Of a stretch of 64,000 nucleotides of DNA, positions 31,141 to 39,169 are shown piece by piece. Source of the DNA: Patescibacteria group bacterium (GTDB taxonomy: Bacteria; Patescibacteriota; UBA1384; 2-12-FULL-50-11). The stretch lies in NCBI GenBank assembly GCA_016861245.1, contig BOKZ01000001.1:188347-252346 (forward strand). Direction: 5' to 3'. Position numbers and translations under genes: made by a program. The notes beneath the pieces are model-generated. The model was not told the DNA's origin, did not search any database, and saw nothing but the letters and a program-made list of their open reading frames with translations. How positions within the stretch are numbered: position 1 is the first letter of the stretch; every line of letters starts with the position of its first letter.

Positions 31141-31966
31141 TCGTTGATAAATTGGAAAGGACAAGCCCAAGACCGCCAAATAAAAACTCGCAGGTTTTCA
31201 TGAAGAGCATGCCAAGCCCAACGATAGGATTTGCAAATAATTTTCCCGGTTTCGAGAAGAATAGTTTATATCGACCCAGAATTCCCGTTTGTTGGTTCAA
31301 CGAACTACTGCCTTTATTTTTTTGTGCGTATTTTGAGAACTTTTGCGCGTAGTAATACTTCTTTTTAATCGTCTTCCAAAGATTAATTTTACCCTCGTTA
31401 TGAAAAATATAGCTTTTAATACTAGCGATCTTTCCGGTTTTACCAGCGCGCTGAGAAAGGTCCCAATCTTCACCACTTATCAATTTTTCATCGTACCCAC
31501 CAAGTTGCTGATAAAGACTATGTCGAAAGAAGCGGGCGGCCTCCATCCAGCTCACGCCTACATAGAAACTGCGCTCCAGCTTTTTACACTGTGCCCAAAA
31601 GCCCTCGCCAAACGACTCTTCTGGGACTACAACAGCCGCAACATATGGCTTCCCTTCCATTGCTTCAACGCATTCCTGAACGACTGTTGCAGACAATTCC
31701 ATATCACTATCAATAATAAAAACGTATTCACCTCTTGCTTGAGATACGGCGTAGTTTCGTTGAGTGCTGCGCTCTGGACCTTTTTGGAAAAAGGTTACGC
31801 CAAGTTTTCGAGATATCTCAGGAGTCTTATCAGAAGAAAAGTTATCAACTACGATAACTTCAATATTCTTATATGTCTGATTTTTGACCGAAACTATACA
31901 GCGTTCAATGAACTTCTCAGAATTTTTAGTTGGGATAATTACCGATACTAGGACATCTTTCTTCAT
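31130..31966 (-). CDS. glycosyltransferase family 2
   Basis: VSVIIPTKNSEKFIERCIVSVKNQTYKNIEVIVVDNFSSDKT (GT-A motifs), DSD motif. Confidence 0.85.
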   Translation of the reverse strand: MKKDVLVSVIIPTKNSEKFIERCIVSVKNQTYKNIEVIVVDNFSSDKTPEISRKLGVTFFQKGPERSTQRNYAVSQARGEYVFIIDSDMELSATVVQECVEAMEGKPYVAAVVVPEESFGEGFWAQCKKLERSFYVGVSWMEAARFFRHSLYQQLGGYDEKLISGEDWDLSQRAGKTGKIASIKSYIFHNEGKINLWKTIKKKYYYAQKFSKYAQKNKGSSSLNQQTGILGRYKLFFSKPGKLFANPIVGLGMLFMKTCEFLFGGLGLVLSNLSTNEG

Positions 31967-33066
31967 TTGATAAACAGGATTTGCTTAAAACAATTGTAGC
32001 TGTTTTCAAAAGTAATTTCCTTGCTCCACTCCCACGCGGTGTTGCGTAGTCGTGAATATAGCGCCTTATCGTTATATAGAGCGATCACCTGCTCAGCCAG
32101 TGACGTCGGTGTATTGGAAACTGATACTAAACCAGTAACATTATTTTTCGTACTATCGCGTAGGCCATCTACATTATAGACAACAGCTGGCGTTCCTTGG
32201 CTATTTGCCTCAGTTACGATCAGACCCCAGCCTTCCTTGATTGATGTAACTAGAATAGCGTGAGACTGTTGCATAAGTTTTACTTTCTTATCAGAGCTGA
32301 CTCGACCAAGATATGTTACGTCTGAAGAGAATTGACTCTTTTTGATATAAGTCATACAGCGATTAAAATACCCTCCCTCGCCGGCACCAGCGATTATTAG
32401 TTTCAGTTCTGGGATTTTTGATCGCGCGTGCTCAAACGCCTTAATTTGATCAAGCGTACGTTTCATTGGTCTTATGGCGCCAAGAGAGAGTAGGGTGAAG
32501 TCATTAAATTTGGTCACTGACTTTAAACTCGCTACGGGTTCTAGCTCGATGCCGACTGGGACAATTGAAACATTTTCACCTTTAAAACCATATCTACAAA
32601 GATCGTTCTTGGTGCTCTCAGACACTACAATTGCCTTATTACTACTTAGGATCTTTAGGTAAAGAGGCTCTATTAAATAACCCAAAATGTTTAAAGGAAA
32701 AAACATTTGAAAGAACCAAACCTCACGAGCCAATTGATGGAAAAAAAGAGTACGTTTGCTCCTTAAACCATAAAACTGGGAAAAGAACGGGACGGTATTT
32801 ATTTCCTCAATCAGTAAATCTGGACTACCAAATTCCCCACGTTTAGCCGCCCTAAAGGCTTTCAAGTAAACTGAAAGTCTGCCGCCCGATCTAACTACCC
32901 GATATGGGCCTATCTCTCGATTGCCAGCATTTGGGTAAGATGCCGTAAATAGGGTAACATCATGTCCGTCTTTCGCTAACCTAGTTAAAAGCTGGTCCGT
33001 CACCACTTCTGCACCACCGGCCAACGGATGAAACTTGTCTTTCCAGCTCAGCCACAATATCTTCAT
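31963..33066 (-). CDS. glycosyltransferase family 4
   Basis: SIKEGWGLIVTEANSQGTPAVV (E-x7-E motif). Confidence 0.85.
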   Translation of the reverse strand: MKILWLSWKDKFHPLAGGAEVVTDQLLTRLAKDGHDVTLFTASYPNAGNREIGPYRVVRSGGRLSVYLKAFRAAKRGEFGSPDLLIEEINTVPFFSQFYGLRSKRTLFFHQLAREVWFFQMFFPLNILGYLIEPLYLKILSSNKAIVVSESTKNDLCRYGFKGENVSIVPVGIELEPVASLKSVTKFNDFTLLSLGAIRPMKRTLDQIKAFEHARSKIPELKLIIAGAGEGGYFNRCMTYIKKSQFSSDVTYLGRVSSDKKVKLMQQSHAILVTSIKEGWGLIVTEANSQGTPAVVYNVDGLRDSTKNNVTGLVSVSNTPTSLAEQVIALYNDKALYSRLRNTAWEWSKEITFENSYNCFKQILFIK

Positions 33067-33071
33067 GAAGC

Positions 33072-33809
33072 CTATTTAGTCGAACGGTAATAATTTAGGA
33101 TTCTCGCTCGATAAAAAATCGCCAATGTATCTGTTATCATTCGCTTAATGGTTTTGAAATTAATGCTCGATGCAGCGTTATTAAAATTTAACTCTACCGG
33201 CGCCTCAAAGATTCTTCTAAAACCAAATTGCTGAGCAATTACTAATAGTTCCAGATCGATTGCAAATTGCTTTACTAAAGCTTTTGGGAAAATGGTTTTG
33301 GCTACGTTTGCTTTAAAAAACTTAAGCCCGGCTTGGGTATCGGTAATGTTCAGCCCAAAGAGTAATCTAATTAGCAGCTGGTAGCATCGAGAATATATTC
33401 TCCTCAATGGCGGATAATGCACCTTCGAAGCTGGATGTCGTTTTGAGCCGATCACAATATCCGCATCGAATAACTCCATCAAACTAACATATTTATCGAA
33501 TTGCTCTGGGTTAAAGTCCCCGCCCGCATCAGTAAAAGTGATAATTTTCCCAACTGCCTGTTCAACTCCGTATTTAACAGCATATCCCTTGCCCTGATTT
33601 TTTTCGTAGTCAAGAACTCGGACGTGCGGTGAGTTAACCTTTCTTGCTTCTTCAGTAGTTTTGTCGGGTGAACCATCGACAACAACAAGTACTTCGTAGC
33701 TATATGGAAGTAAGTTGTGTACATCAACAATACGCTCAATGGTTTGTCGAACACTTTTTTCCTCTTTGTACGCCGGAATAACTATCGAGAGTTTTATTTG
33801 GTCTTTCAT
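33072..33809 (-). CDS. glycosyltransferase family 2 (polyprenyl-phosphate sugar transferase-like)
   Basis: LSIVIPAYKEEKSVRQTIERIV...VVVDGSPDKT; DAD motif. Confidence 0.85.
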   Translation of the reverse strand: MKDQIKLSIVIPAYKEEKSVRQTIERIVDVHNLLPYSYEVLVVVDGSPDKTTEEARKVNSPHVRVLDYEKNQGKGYAVKYGVEQAVGKIITFTDAGGDFNPEQFDKYVSLMELFDADIVIGSKRHPASKVHYPPLRRIYSRCYQLLIRLLFGLNITDTQAGLKFFKANVAKTIFPKALVKQFAIDLELLVIAQQFGFRRIFEAPVELNFNNAASSINFKTIKRMITDTLAIFYRARILNYYRSTK

Positions 33810-35086
33810 CGTTGAAATAACAAGCTTTTAAGCTGATTGCGTTTTAATATTAGGTAGTCTACAACCATCACACCCAGAAGTGCAATGAATCCCAAGCGTA
33901 ATTGATCTAGCAGTACCGCCACGTTCTGAGGAATTTTAAGACTAGTATAAGTTATGAGAATTAACCCAATTACTAACATCTCGGCAATAAACCAATAGCG
34001 TTGGATAGATAAGAAGTACTGGCTCATCAGGTTCACAAGGGACAATGATATTACTAGCACCGCAGAAATTGAAAGTAAGCTTGCTAGTTCTAGGTAATCG
34101 TTTCCATAAAGTACTCTGACAATCTCCCTATCAAACAACGCGTACAATACCAACAACACTCCCGAACCTATTAGAGTGATCAATATCGCCCCAAAAAGCG
34201 TTTGTACGTGTTTTTCACCGCGGCTTCTCTGTGCAGCAATCAAGGGAAACATGACAGATGTAATCGGTCCTGAGATATAGAATATTATTTTCGCCACTGT
34301 CGATACTGCTACATATTGTCCAGCAATTTCAGGTAGAAAGAATTTCTTTGCTAAAAGCACATCGATATTCATTAATAAGAGTAGGGCGAAGTTACTAGCA
34401 AGTGCGGGTAAGAAATATAGTAATACTTCCCGCTTCTGGGGGAAGTATTCTCCCTTACTTCGTACCGTAGTTTCTCCTTTTAGCATCCTTTTTAGCACTA
34501 CCCAACTCAGGGTAAGTGCACCAAGTGAACCAATAAAGATAGAGAATGTCGCTCCGGACAGACCCATTCCAACTTTAATAAAAATTACGGCGGCAATTAA
34601 CTTCACTAGATACTCAGTAATATTACTAACAGCTAACTGATCAAAACGCTGCGTTCCTTGTAAAACTCCTCGATTGACCGTGAGAACCAACGCAAGAACA
34701 ATTGAGCTAAGCGCTAACCCTAGTGCTTGCTGATTATTTATTGCGAAAAACTTTGAAGCATAAGGAATGGAGAATAGCGCAAGCATGGTAATAAGCACGG
34801 AGCCAAGAACCACCACTTTACTGAACTTCTGGTGAAAATATGAAATACCGGCGATATCTTTTTTAGCGAAGAGATTACTAACGAAATACATAGTCACTGT
34901 CAGTAGTCCACCACTAATAGCAGTGGTGAGCAAAAAATACGAATTAATGGCGCCTAGATCACCAAAATCGGCCGGACCAAGCATCCTCCCCATCACCGAG
35001 CTATAAACGTAGGAGAGTATCCCTCCAATTACTGTTCCAAATGTAATCACAGCGCTACCCTTCAGAAGTGCTGTTATCCTATTCAT
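33806..35086 (-). CDS. polysaccharide flippase (MOP/Wzx-like)
   Basis: Polytopic MOP-type protein; the listed ORF N-terminal extension (79 aa, non-hydrophobic) was trimmed to MNRITALLKG (ATG 35086). Confidence 0.7.
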   Translation of the reverse strand: MNRITALLKGSAVITFGTVIGGILSYVYSSVMGRMLGPADFGDLGAINSYFLLTTAISGGLLTVTMYFVSNLFAKKDIAGISYFHQKFSKVVVLGSVLITMLALFSIPYASKFFAINNQQALGLALSSIVLALVLTVNRGVLQGTQRFDQLAVSNITEYLVKLIAAVIFIKVGMGLSGATFSIFIGSLGALTLSWVVLKRMLKGETTVRSKGEYFPQKREVLLYFLPALASNFALLLLMNIDVLLAKKFFLPEIAGQYVAVSTVAKIIFYISGPITSVMFPLIAAQRSRGEKHVQTLFGAILITLIGSGVLLVLYALFDREIVRVLYGNDYLELASLLSISAVLVISLSLVNLMSQYFLSIQRYWFIAEMLVIGLILITYTSLKIPQNVAVLLDQLRLGFIALLGVMVVDYLILKRNQLKSLLFQR

Positions 35087-35121
35087 TACCTGTATTCTAG
35101 CGCAATAAACCTGATACGGAA

Positions 35122-35148
35122 ATAAAAAATCCCCGCCGAAGCGGGGAG
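35122..35148 (-). terminator. rho-independent terminator downstream of the acetyltransferase gene
   Basis: minus strand reads CTCCCCGC-ttcg-GCGGGG followed by ATTTTTTATTT. Confidence 0.6.
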
Positions 35149-35171
35149 CGATCACGGAGGTACCCCAGTGA

Positions 35172-35687
35172 TCAGGAAGTGAGCATGGGTTCCGCTGGCA
35201 GAGCCTTAGAGACCCAGAGCTCGCCGTCAGGAATATCCTTGACGACAAGTGTTCCAGCGCCAGTTCGCGCGCCTTCACCGATGGTGATGCCGCAACGAAC
35301 GACCGTTCCAGCGCCCAAGGCACAGTTTTTCTTCAGCAGCGTGTGCTCAAGCCACTCTTCCTTGGTTCTGGTGTCGATCGCGGTGGGGTTGCGGTCGTTT
35401 GTGAACGCGCAGTGCGGCCCGATGAACGCGCCGTCTTCGAGAACGATACCCTCGTACAACGAGTTTCCGTTCTGAACTTTGCAGTTGTCTCCGATGACGA
35501 CTCCGGGGCCGATGTAGCAACCCTGACCGATCACGCAATTGCGACCGATCTTAGCGCCAGGGCAGACGTGACTAAAATGCCAGATCTTGGTGCCCTCGCC
35601 AATCACGGATCCCTCGTCGACGTATGCCGACTCGTGGTAGAAATACCCTTCAGGGGTTTGGACGAGTTCTTGTGCTAGTTTTGACAT
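35172..35687 (-). CDS. left-handed beta-helix (hexapeptide) sugar N-acetyltransferase (WbpD/WlbB-like)
   Basis: Multiple [LIV]GxxxxI hexapeptide repeats; start at MSKLAQ (35687) with GGAGG RBS; gene is GC-rich relative to its surroundings. Confidence 0.85.
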   Translation of the reverse strand: MSKLAQELVQTPEGYFYHESAYVDEGSVIGEGTKIWHFSHVCPGAKIGRNCVIGQGCYIGPGVVIGDNCKVQNGNSLYEGIVLEDGAFIGPHCAFTNDRNPTAIDTRTKEEWLEHTLLKKNCALGAGTVVRCGITIGEGARTGAGTLVVKDIPDGELWVSKALPAEPMLTS

Positions 35688-35757
35688 GGTTCCTCCGTTA
35701 AGGTGCTTGGATATAATACGCAATTGTCAGAAATTGTAAAGACAATTGGAGATAATT

Positions 35758-36270
35758 TTATAGCCTAAGCAACCTATTCAATTTATCTGATACCGGCTCG
35801 TTGCGGTGAGGGTGATGGGGGAGGTGGTTAACCAGTAGTGTTACCACCGACTCGATTTTTGAAGCTGGGATCACAAACGAGAGCGTTGGACGGAAACCGA
35901 GCTGGTCTAAGTAAACGTGCGCTTGCCCGTTAATATCCGCTACCCAGAAGTTTTTAATCTGATGAAAGCCGATAAACTTATCGCCCCAGTAAACACCCTT
36001 CGACGTCACTTCAAGATTGCGTGATCCGGGCTTGAGACCGGCAAGCCGAAACACCGCCACGCCGATGGCGACAACGACGGCCGACATTAGGTAATCTTGC
36101 GATTGGATAGTTAAGAAAAGAAAACTAAGTAGTAGTACCCCTACGCCGATGTACCAGTAGTGGTTTTTTTCGTGGTAGACGAACTCTTTCGCCGCGAAAC
36201 TGTGGGCGGTGTGTTTTGAGCTCTTTTTGTGCTCTGAGCGCGGTTTCATCGTACTTTGATCGTACCACAT
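35758..36270 (-). CDS. hypothetical membrane protein (two TM helices then a small soluble domain)
   Basis: Start ambiguous (36270 or 36249); trimmed so it does not overlap the divergent phosphodiesterase start. Confidence 0.3.
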   Translation of the reverse strand: MWYDQSTMKPRSEHKKSSKHTAHSFAAKEFVYHEKNHYWYIGVGVLLLSFLFLTIQSQDYLMSAVVVAIGVAVFRLAGLKPGSRNLEVTSKGVYWGDKFIGFHQIKNFWVADINGQAHVYLDQLGFRPTLSFVIPASKIESVVTLLVNHLPHHPHRNEPVSDKLNRLLRL

Positions 36271-36304
36271 TGCCTTTCCAGGTGAGTTGGTAAACAATAT
36301 ATCT

Positions 36305-37330
36305 ATGCACTCGAACAAATTAAACAGGTTCTTCCTTTGGAGTATCGTCAGCTTAGCGCTTATAGCCCTCGGGCTTGGCAGCTATCTAAGTTGGACAATA
36401 TCGCAGCGGGAACCGGAGAGCGCTCAGACGCCGGTTGAGGAGCGAACGCCGCTACCAACCAAAGCTAGTCGGGTTGTAATTGTAAGCTGGGACGGCGCCA
36501 AACCCGTCGTTATGAAATCCTTAATTGACGAGGGCAAGCTGCCTACCTTTGCCAGCCTACAAGTCGGTAGCTACGTCGATTTCGACGCCCAGACCGTTGT
36601 ACCGAGTGTGACGCTACCGAGCCACACTTCGATGCTAACCGGCAGACCGATCTCGGAACACAAAATTACTTGGAACGACTACCAGCCAGAGCGCGGCTTC
36701 GTTAAAAGCGAAACTGTCTTTGAGCTAGCCAAAAAACAGGGGATCGGAACGGCGATGGTGGCAACCAAGGAAAAGTTTGCTCATTTAAACAAGCCAGAAA
36801 CTATCGACCACTATTTCCATGAGCGAGGAGACGCGGCTACCGCCACCAATCGAGCGCTCGAGATATTGGAAGACACCTCGGTTGGGCTGCTATTTCTTCA
36901 CTTCAAAGAACCGGACGCGGCGGGGCACGCCTACGGTTGGGGCGGCGGGTCGAAAGACGAGGCGTCGTCACAGCAGTACATGGCAGCTCTTCAGGAAGTT
37001 GATCGAGTAACAGGTTTACTACTGGCTCAACTAAAATCGGATGACTTATGGAACCAAACTGTGGTGATTATTACTTCTGATCACGGCGGGAAGGGTAAGA
37101 GTCATGGATCAGACAGCCCGGAAGATACGACCGTTCCTTGGGCAGCAACAGGCGGTGGGATTCAGCAGAAGTATCAATTTGCAAGCTCCGCTCTATCAGG
37201 AAGATCAATCTCGACGATGGACACGGCGGCAACCGCTCTTTCGCTTCTAGAAATACCGGTACCAACAGATTGGAGTGGGAAAAATCTACTTAGCAAAATC
37301 GAAGTACCGCTAGGTACTCCAACACAGTAA
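36305..37330 (+). CDS. alkaline-phosphatase-superfamily nucleotide pyrophosphatase/phosphodiesterase (type I)
   Basis: VIVSWDGAKP...TLPSHTSMLTG metal and nucleophile motifs, DHGG motif; N-terminal TM anchor. Start ATG 36305 preferred over TTG 36287. Confidence 0.75.
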   Translation: MHSNKLNRFFLWSIVSLALIALGLGSYLSWTISQREPESAQTPVEERTPLPTKASRVVIVSWDGAKPVVMKSLIDEGKLPTFASLQVGSYVDFDAQTVVPSVTLPSHTSMLTGRPISEHKITWNDYQPERGFVKSETVFELAKKQGIGTAMVATKEKFAHLNKPETIDHYFHERGDAATATNRALEILEDTSVGLLFLHFKEPDAAGHAYGWGGGSKDEASSQQYMAALQEVDRVTGLLLAQLKSDDLWNQTVVIITSDHGGKGKSHGSDSPEDTTVPWAATGGGIQQKYQFASSALSGRSISTMDTAATALSLLEIPVPTDWSGKNLLSKIEVPLGTPTQ

Positions 37331-37352
37331 GCAGGGAAACCTGCTTTTTTTA
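37331..37352 (+). terminator. rho-independent terminator
   Basis: GCAGG-gaaa-CCTGC followed by T7. Confidence 0.6.
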
Positions 37353-37396
37353 CTTGGTGAACCGAGATATAATACTCAGGTAATTCTTTACAATTT

Positions 37397-37488
37397 GGAG
37401 AGGTGCCAGAGTGGTCGAATGGAGCTCACTGCTAATGAGTTGTCTGTCGAAAGATGGACCCAGGGTTCGAATCCCTGCCTCTCCGCCA
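37397..37488 (+). tRNA. tRNA-Ser (anticodon GCT), type II with long variable arm, CCA encoded
   Basis: Manual fold: acceptor GGAGAGG/CCTCTCC, anticodon stem GCTCA/TGAGT, loop CUGCUAA, T-arm CAGGG-TTCGAAT-CCCTG. Perfect TATAAT at 37368-37373 upstream. Confidence 0.88.
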
Positions 37489-37524
37489 GAACTTATGACG
37501 AGGTAGGGATTTAGGGGACCGTCT

Positions 37525-37542
37525 TCCCTGCCTCTCCGCCAG
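37525..37542 (+). repeat. 18-bp direct repeat of the tRNA-Ser(GCT) 3' end (TCCCTGCCTCTCCGCCAG)
   Basis: Identical to 37471-37488 plus g; 36 bp downstream of the tRNA. Confidence 0.7.
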
Positions 37543-37548
37543 TTCTCT

Positions 37549-37574
37549 ACCTGCTTAGCGCAGGTATTTTTATT
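37549..37574 (+). terminator. rho-independent terminator
   Basis: ACCTGC-ttagc-GCAGGT then ATTTTTATT. Confidence 0.5.
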
Positions 37575-37602
37575 AGCTAGCGACAGAAGTACTATAGAGC
37601 TT

Positions 37603-37965
37603 ATGAATAACGAACGAGTTTATAAAATGGTGGTCGCCAAAGTATATCCGTTCTACGTAACTAAGGCCGAGAGAAAGGGGCGAGCGAAAAAGGAAGTCGA
37701 TCAGATTATCTGCTGGTTAACCGGATACAACCAAAAAGAGCTGGAAGCAAAGCTGGAACAGGGAACCGATTTTGAAAGTTTCTTCACTCAAGCTCCCAGG
37801 CCGAATCCTCTGCGCAGTCTCATAAGGGGCGTTATTTGCGGAGTTCGCGTAGAAGAGATTCAAGACCCAATTATGCGAGAAGTGCGATATCTCGACAAAC
37901 TCGTCGACGAGCTAGCTCATGGTAAGTCGATGGATAAAATCCTGCGAGCAGAACCCCAGAAATAG
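37603..37965 (+). CDS. DUF2200-like protein
   Basis: N-terminal [37 protein letters not shown] matches the DUF2200 consensus pattern. Confidence 0.45.
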   Translation: MNNERVYKMVVAKVYPFYVTKAERKGRAKKEVDQIICWLTGYNQKELEAKLEQGTDFESFFTQAPRPNPLRSLIRGVICGVRVEEIQDPIMREVRYLDKLVDELAHGKSMDKILRAEPQK

Positions 37966-37977
37966 CCCCTCAATCCC

Positions 37978-38006
37978 TTGACTTTTAACCAGTTATCTGG
38001 TATATT
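37978..38006 (+). promoter_or_regulatory. sigma70-like promoter TTGACT-17-TATATT
   Basis: -35 at 37978-37983, -10 at 38001-38006; AGGAG RBS before ATG 38058. Confidence 0.55.
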
Positions 38007-38057
38007 TCGGGCACAATTTCGCGTCCTAAAAAATGCGAAACGTACACAGGAGTTAAC

Positions 38058-38783
38058 ATGAAGATCGCTACGATTATCGTTCTCGCCATCTTGGCGAGCT
38101 TGGGCTTTGCCCAAAGTATCGACGACCTGGGCGGCGGCAACGCTCGCCCCACGACACCGCAAACGCGCGGGCCTATCAATTGGTCCGCCCCATTCGAACT
38201 CGCCTTGGGCGAAAACGGCTGGGAGATGTCCGGCGGGCCCTATTCCCGAGAAGTCCTCTTCGGCCTTGTGGCCGAGTTGGTGAACCAGGAGTGGGGCGGA
38301 CAAGTTGGTTCGAGTACGCTCGAACTACTCAACGAGGCCTCCCAGCGCGACGCGCTGTGGAACAACCGCTGGATTGCCGACTCTGCCAGACTGCGTGAGC
38401 GAACGCTCGAACCGAGCGAGTACGGCCTGGAGATCGCTACTGGCGGCTCCAACGGCGGCGGATCGCGCGGCATGAACCTCTCCTTAGGAGGAGTAAACAT
38501 CTCGCTCGAGTCGGGATCGGCCGAAGCGATCATCGTCGTCCATCTTAAGGATCTGGTAACAGGTCGGCGAGTGAAGACGTTCGTTGGTCGAGCCAAGTAC
38601 GGCTCCACCAACCTCGAGGGTCTGTCGGTTGATCGACTGTTTGCCGGCTTCAAAATCGGCAACCAGTTCCGGCTGGATCAATGGGATAACAATCCCGAGT
38701 TCCGGCGCGGAATGATCGCCACGGCCAGGGCTCTTGAGGACTTGCGCAAGAAGATGCGCGAGTTCAAATCCACTTCCCGGTAG
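38058..38783 (+). CDS. secreted hypothetical protein (GC-rich gene)
   Basis: Signal peptide MKIATIIVLAILASLGFAQS; about 60% GC by eye versus about 45-50% for neighbours; own promoter and terminator. Confidence 0.5.
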   Translation: MKIATIIVLAILASLGFAQSIDDLGGGNARPTTPQTRGPINWSAPFELALGENGWEMSGGPYSREVLFGLVAELVNQEWGGQVGSSTLELLNEASQRDALWNNRWIADSARLRERTLEPSEYGLEIATGGSNGGGSRGMNLSLGGVNISLESGSAEAIIVVHLKDLVTGRRVKTFVGRAKYGSTNLEGLSVDRLFAGFKIGNQFRLDQWDNNPEFRRGMIATARALEDLRKKMREFKSTSR

Positions 38784-38800
38784 GTTTCCTGCAGAAATGC

Positions 38801-38822
38801 AAAGGCCTACCGGCCTTTTTTT
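38801..38822 (+). terminator. rho-independent terminator
   Basis: GGCC-tacc-GGCC followed by T7. Confidence 0.6.
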
Positions 38823-38906
38823 ACCCTAAAAAATTGTTGACAACGGGGTTAACCTGTTGTTTACTTTACTTAATCTCAGTAGAGATCTGTACATTAGATT
38901 AATAAA

Positions 38907-38941
38907 ACAAAAAAGCCGCTTCTTCGGAGGCGGCTTTTTTG
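38907..38941. terminator. bidirectional terminator (A-run, 8-bp stem, T-run)
   Basis: aaaaaa-GCCGCTTC-ttcg-GAGGCGGC-tttttt. Confidence 0.55.
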
Positions 38942-39019
38942 TAACTGCGGAAGAGGTGAGATTACTCGCTCAGCTCGTACTTCTTACAGCCTGGTGGCTG
39001 TTCGCAGTCGAACTTTTCG

Positions 39020-39106
39020 CGGAAAGGGTGGGATTCGAACCCACGGAAGCCTTGCAGCCTCACCGCATTTCGAGTGCGGCGCACTAGTCCACTATGCGAC
39101 CTTTCC
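39020..39106 (-). tRNA. tRNA-Ser (anticodon CGA), type II
   Basis: Manual fold of the reverse complement: acceptor GGAAAGG/CCTTTCC, anticodon stem CCGCA/TGCGG, loop CUCGAAA, T-arm GTGGG-TTCGAAT-CCCAC; no encoded CCA. Confidence 0.85.
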
Positions 39107-39169
39107 GTACCTGGTTATTTTACCTTAAATTACAGCGTTCGTTGAGGGTATTTAGGCTACAATAAGCTA

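Noticed and set aside
36287-36318. Apparent overlap of divergent starts of the 35758..36318 and 36287..37330 ORFs
   Set aside because: Overlap of divergent 5' ends is implausible. Both starts were moved inward to internal Met codons (36270 and 36305).
37931-37940. DnaA-box-like TGGATAAAA at 37932-37940 (inside the DUF2200 ORF), and TTATCCACT at 44878-44886 (hsp20-comF spacer)
   Set aside because: Isolated single 8/9 matches far from dnaA, inside or beside coding sequence; probably chance.
38857-39087. 76-aa plus-strand ORF
   Set aside because: Overlaps the minus-strand tRNA-Ser(CGA) and the terminator hairpins; spurious.
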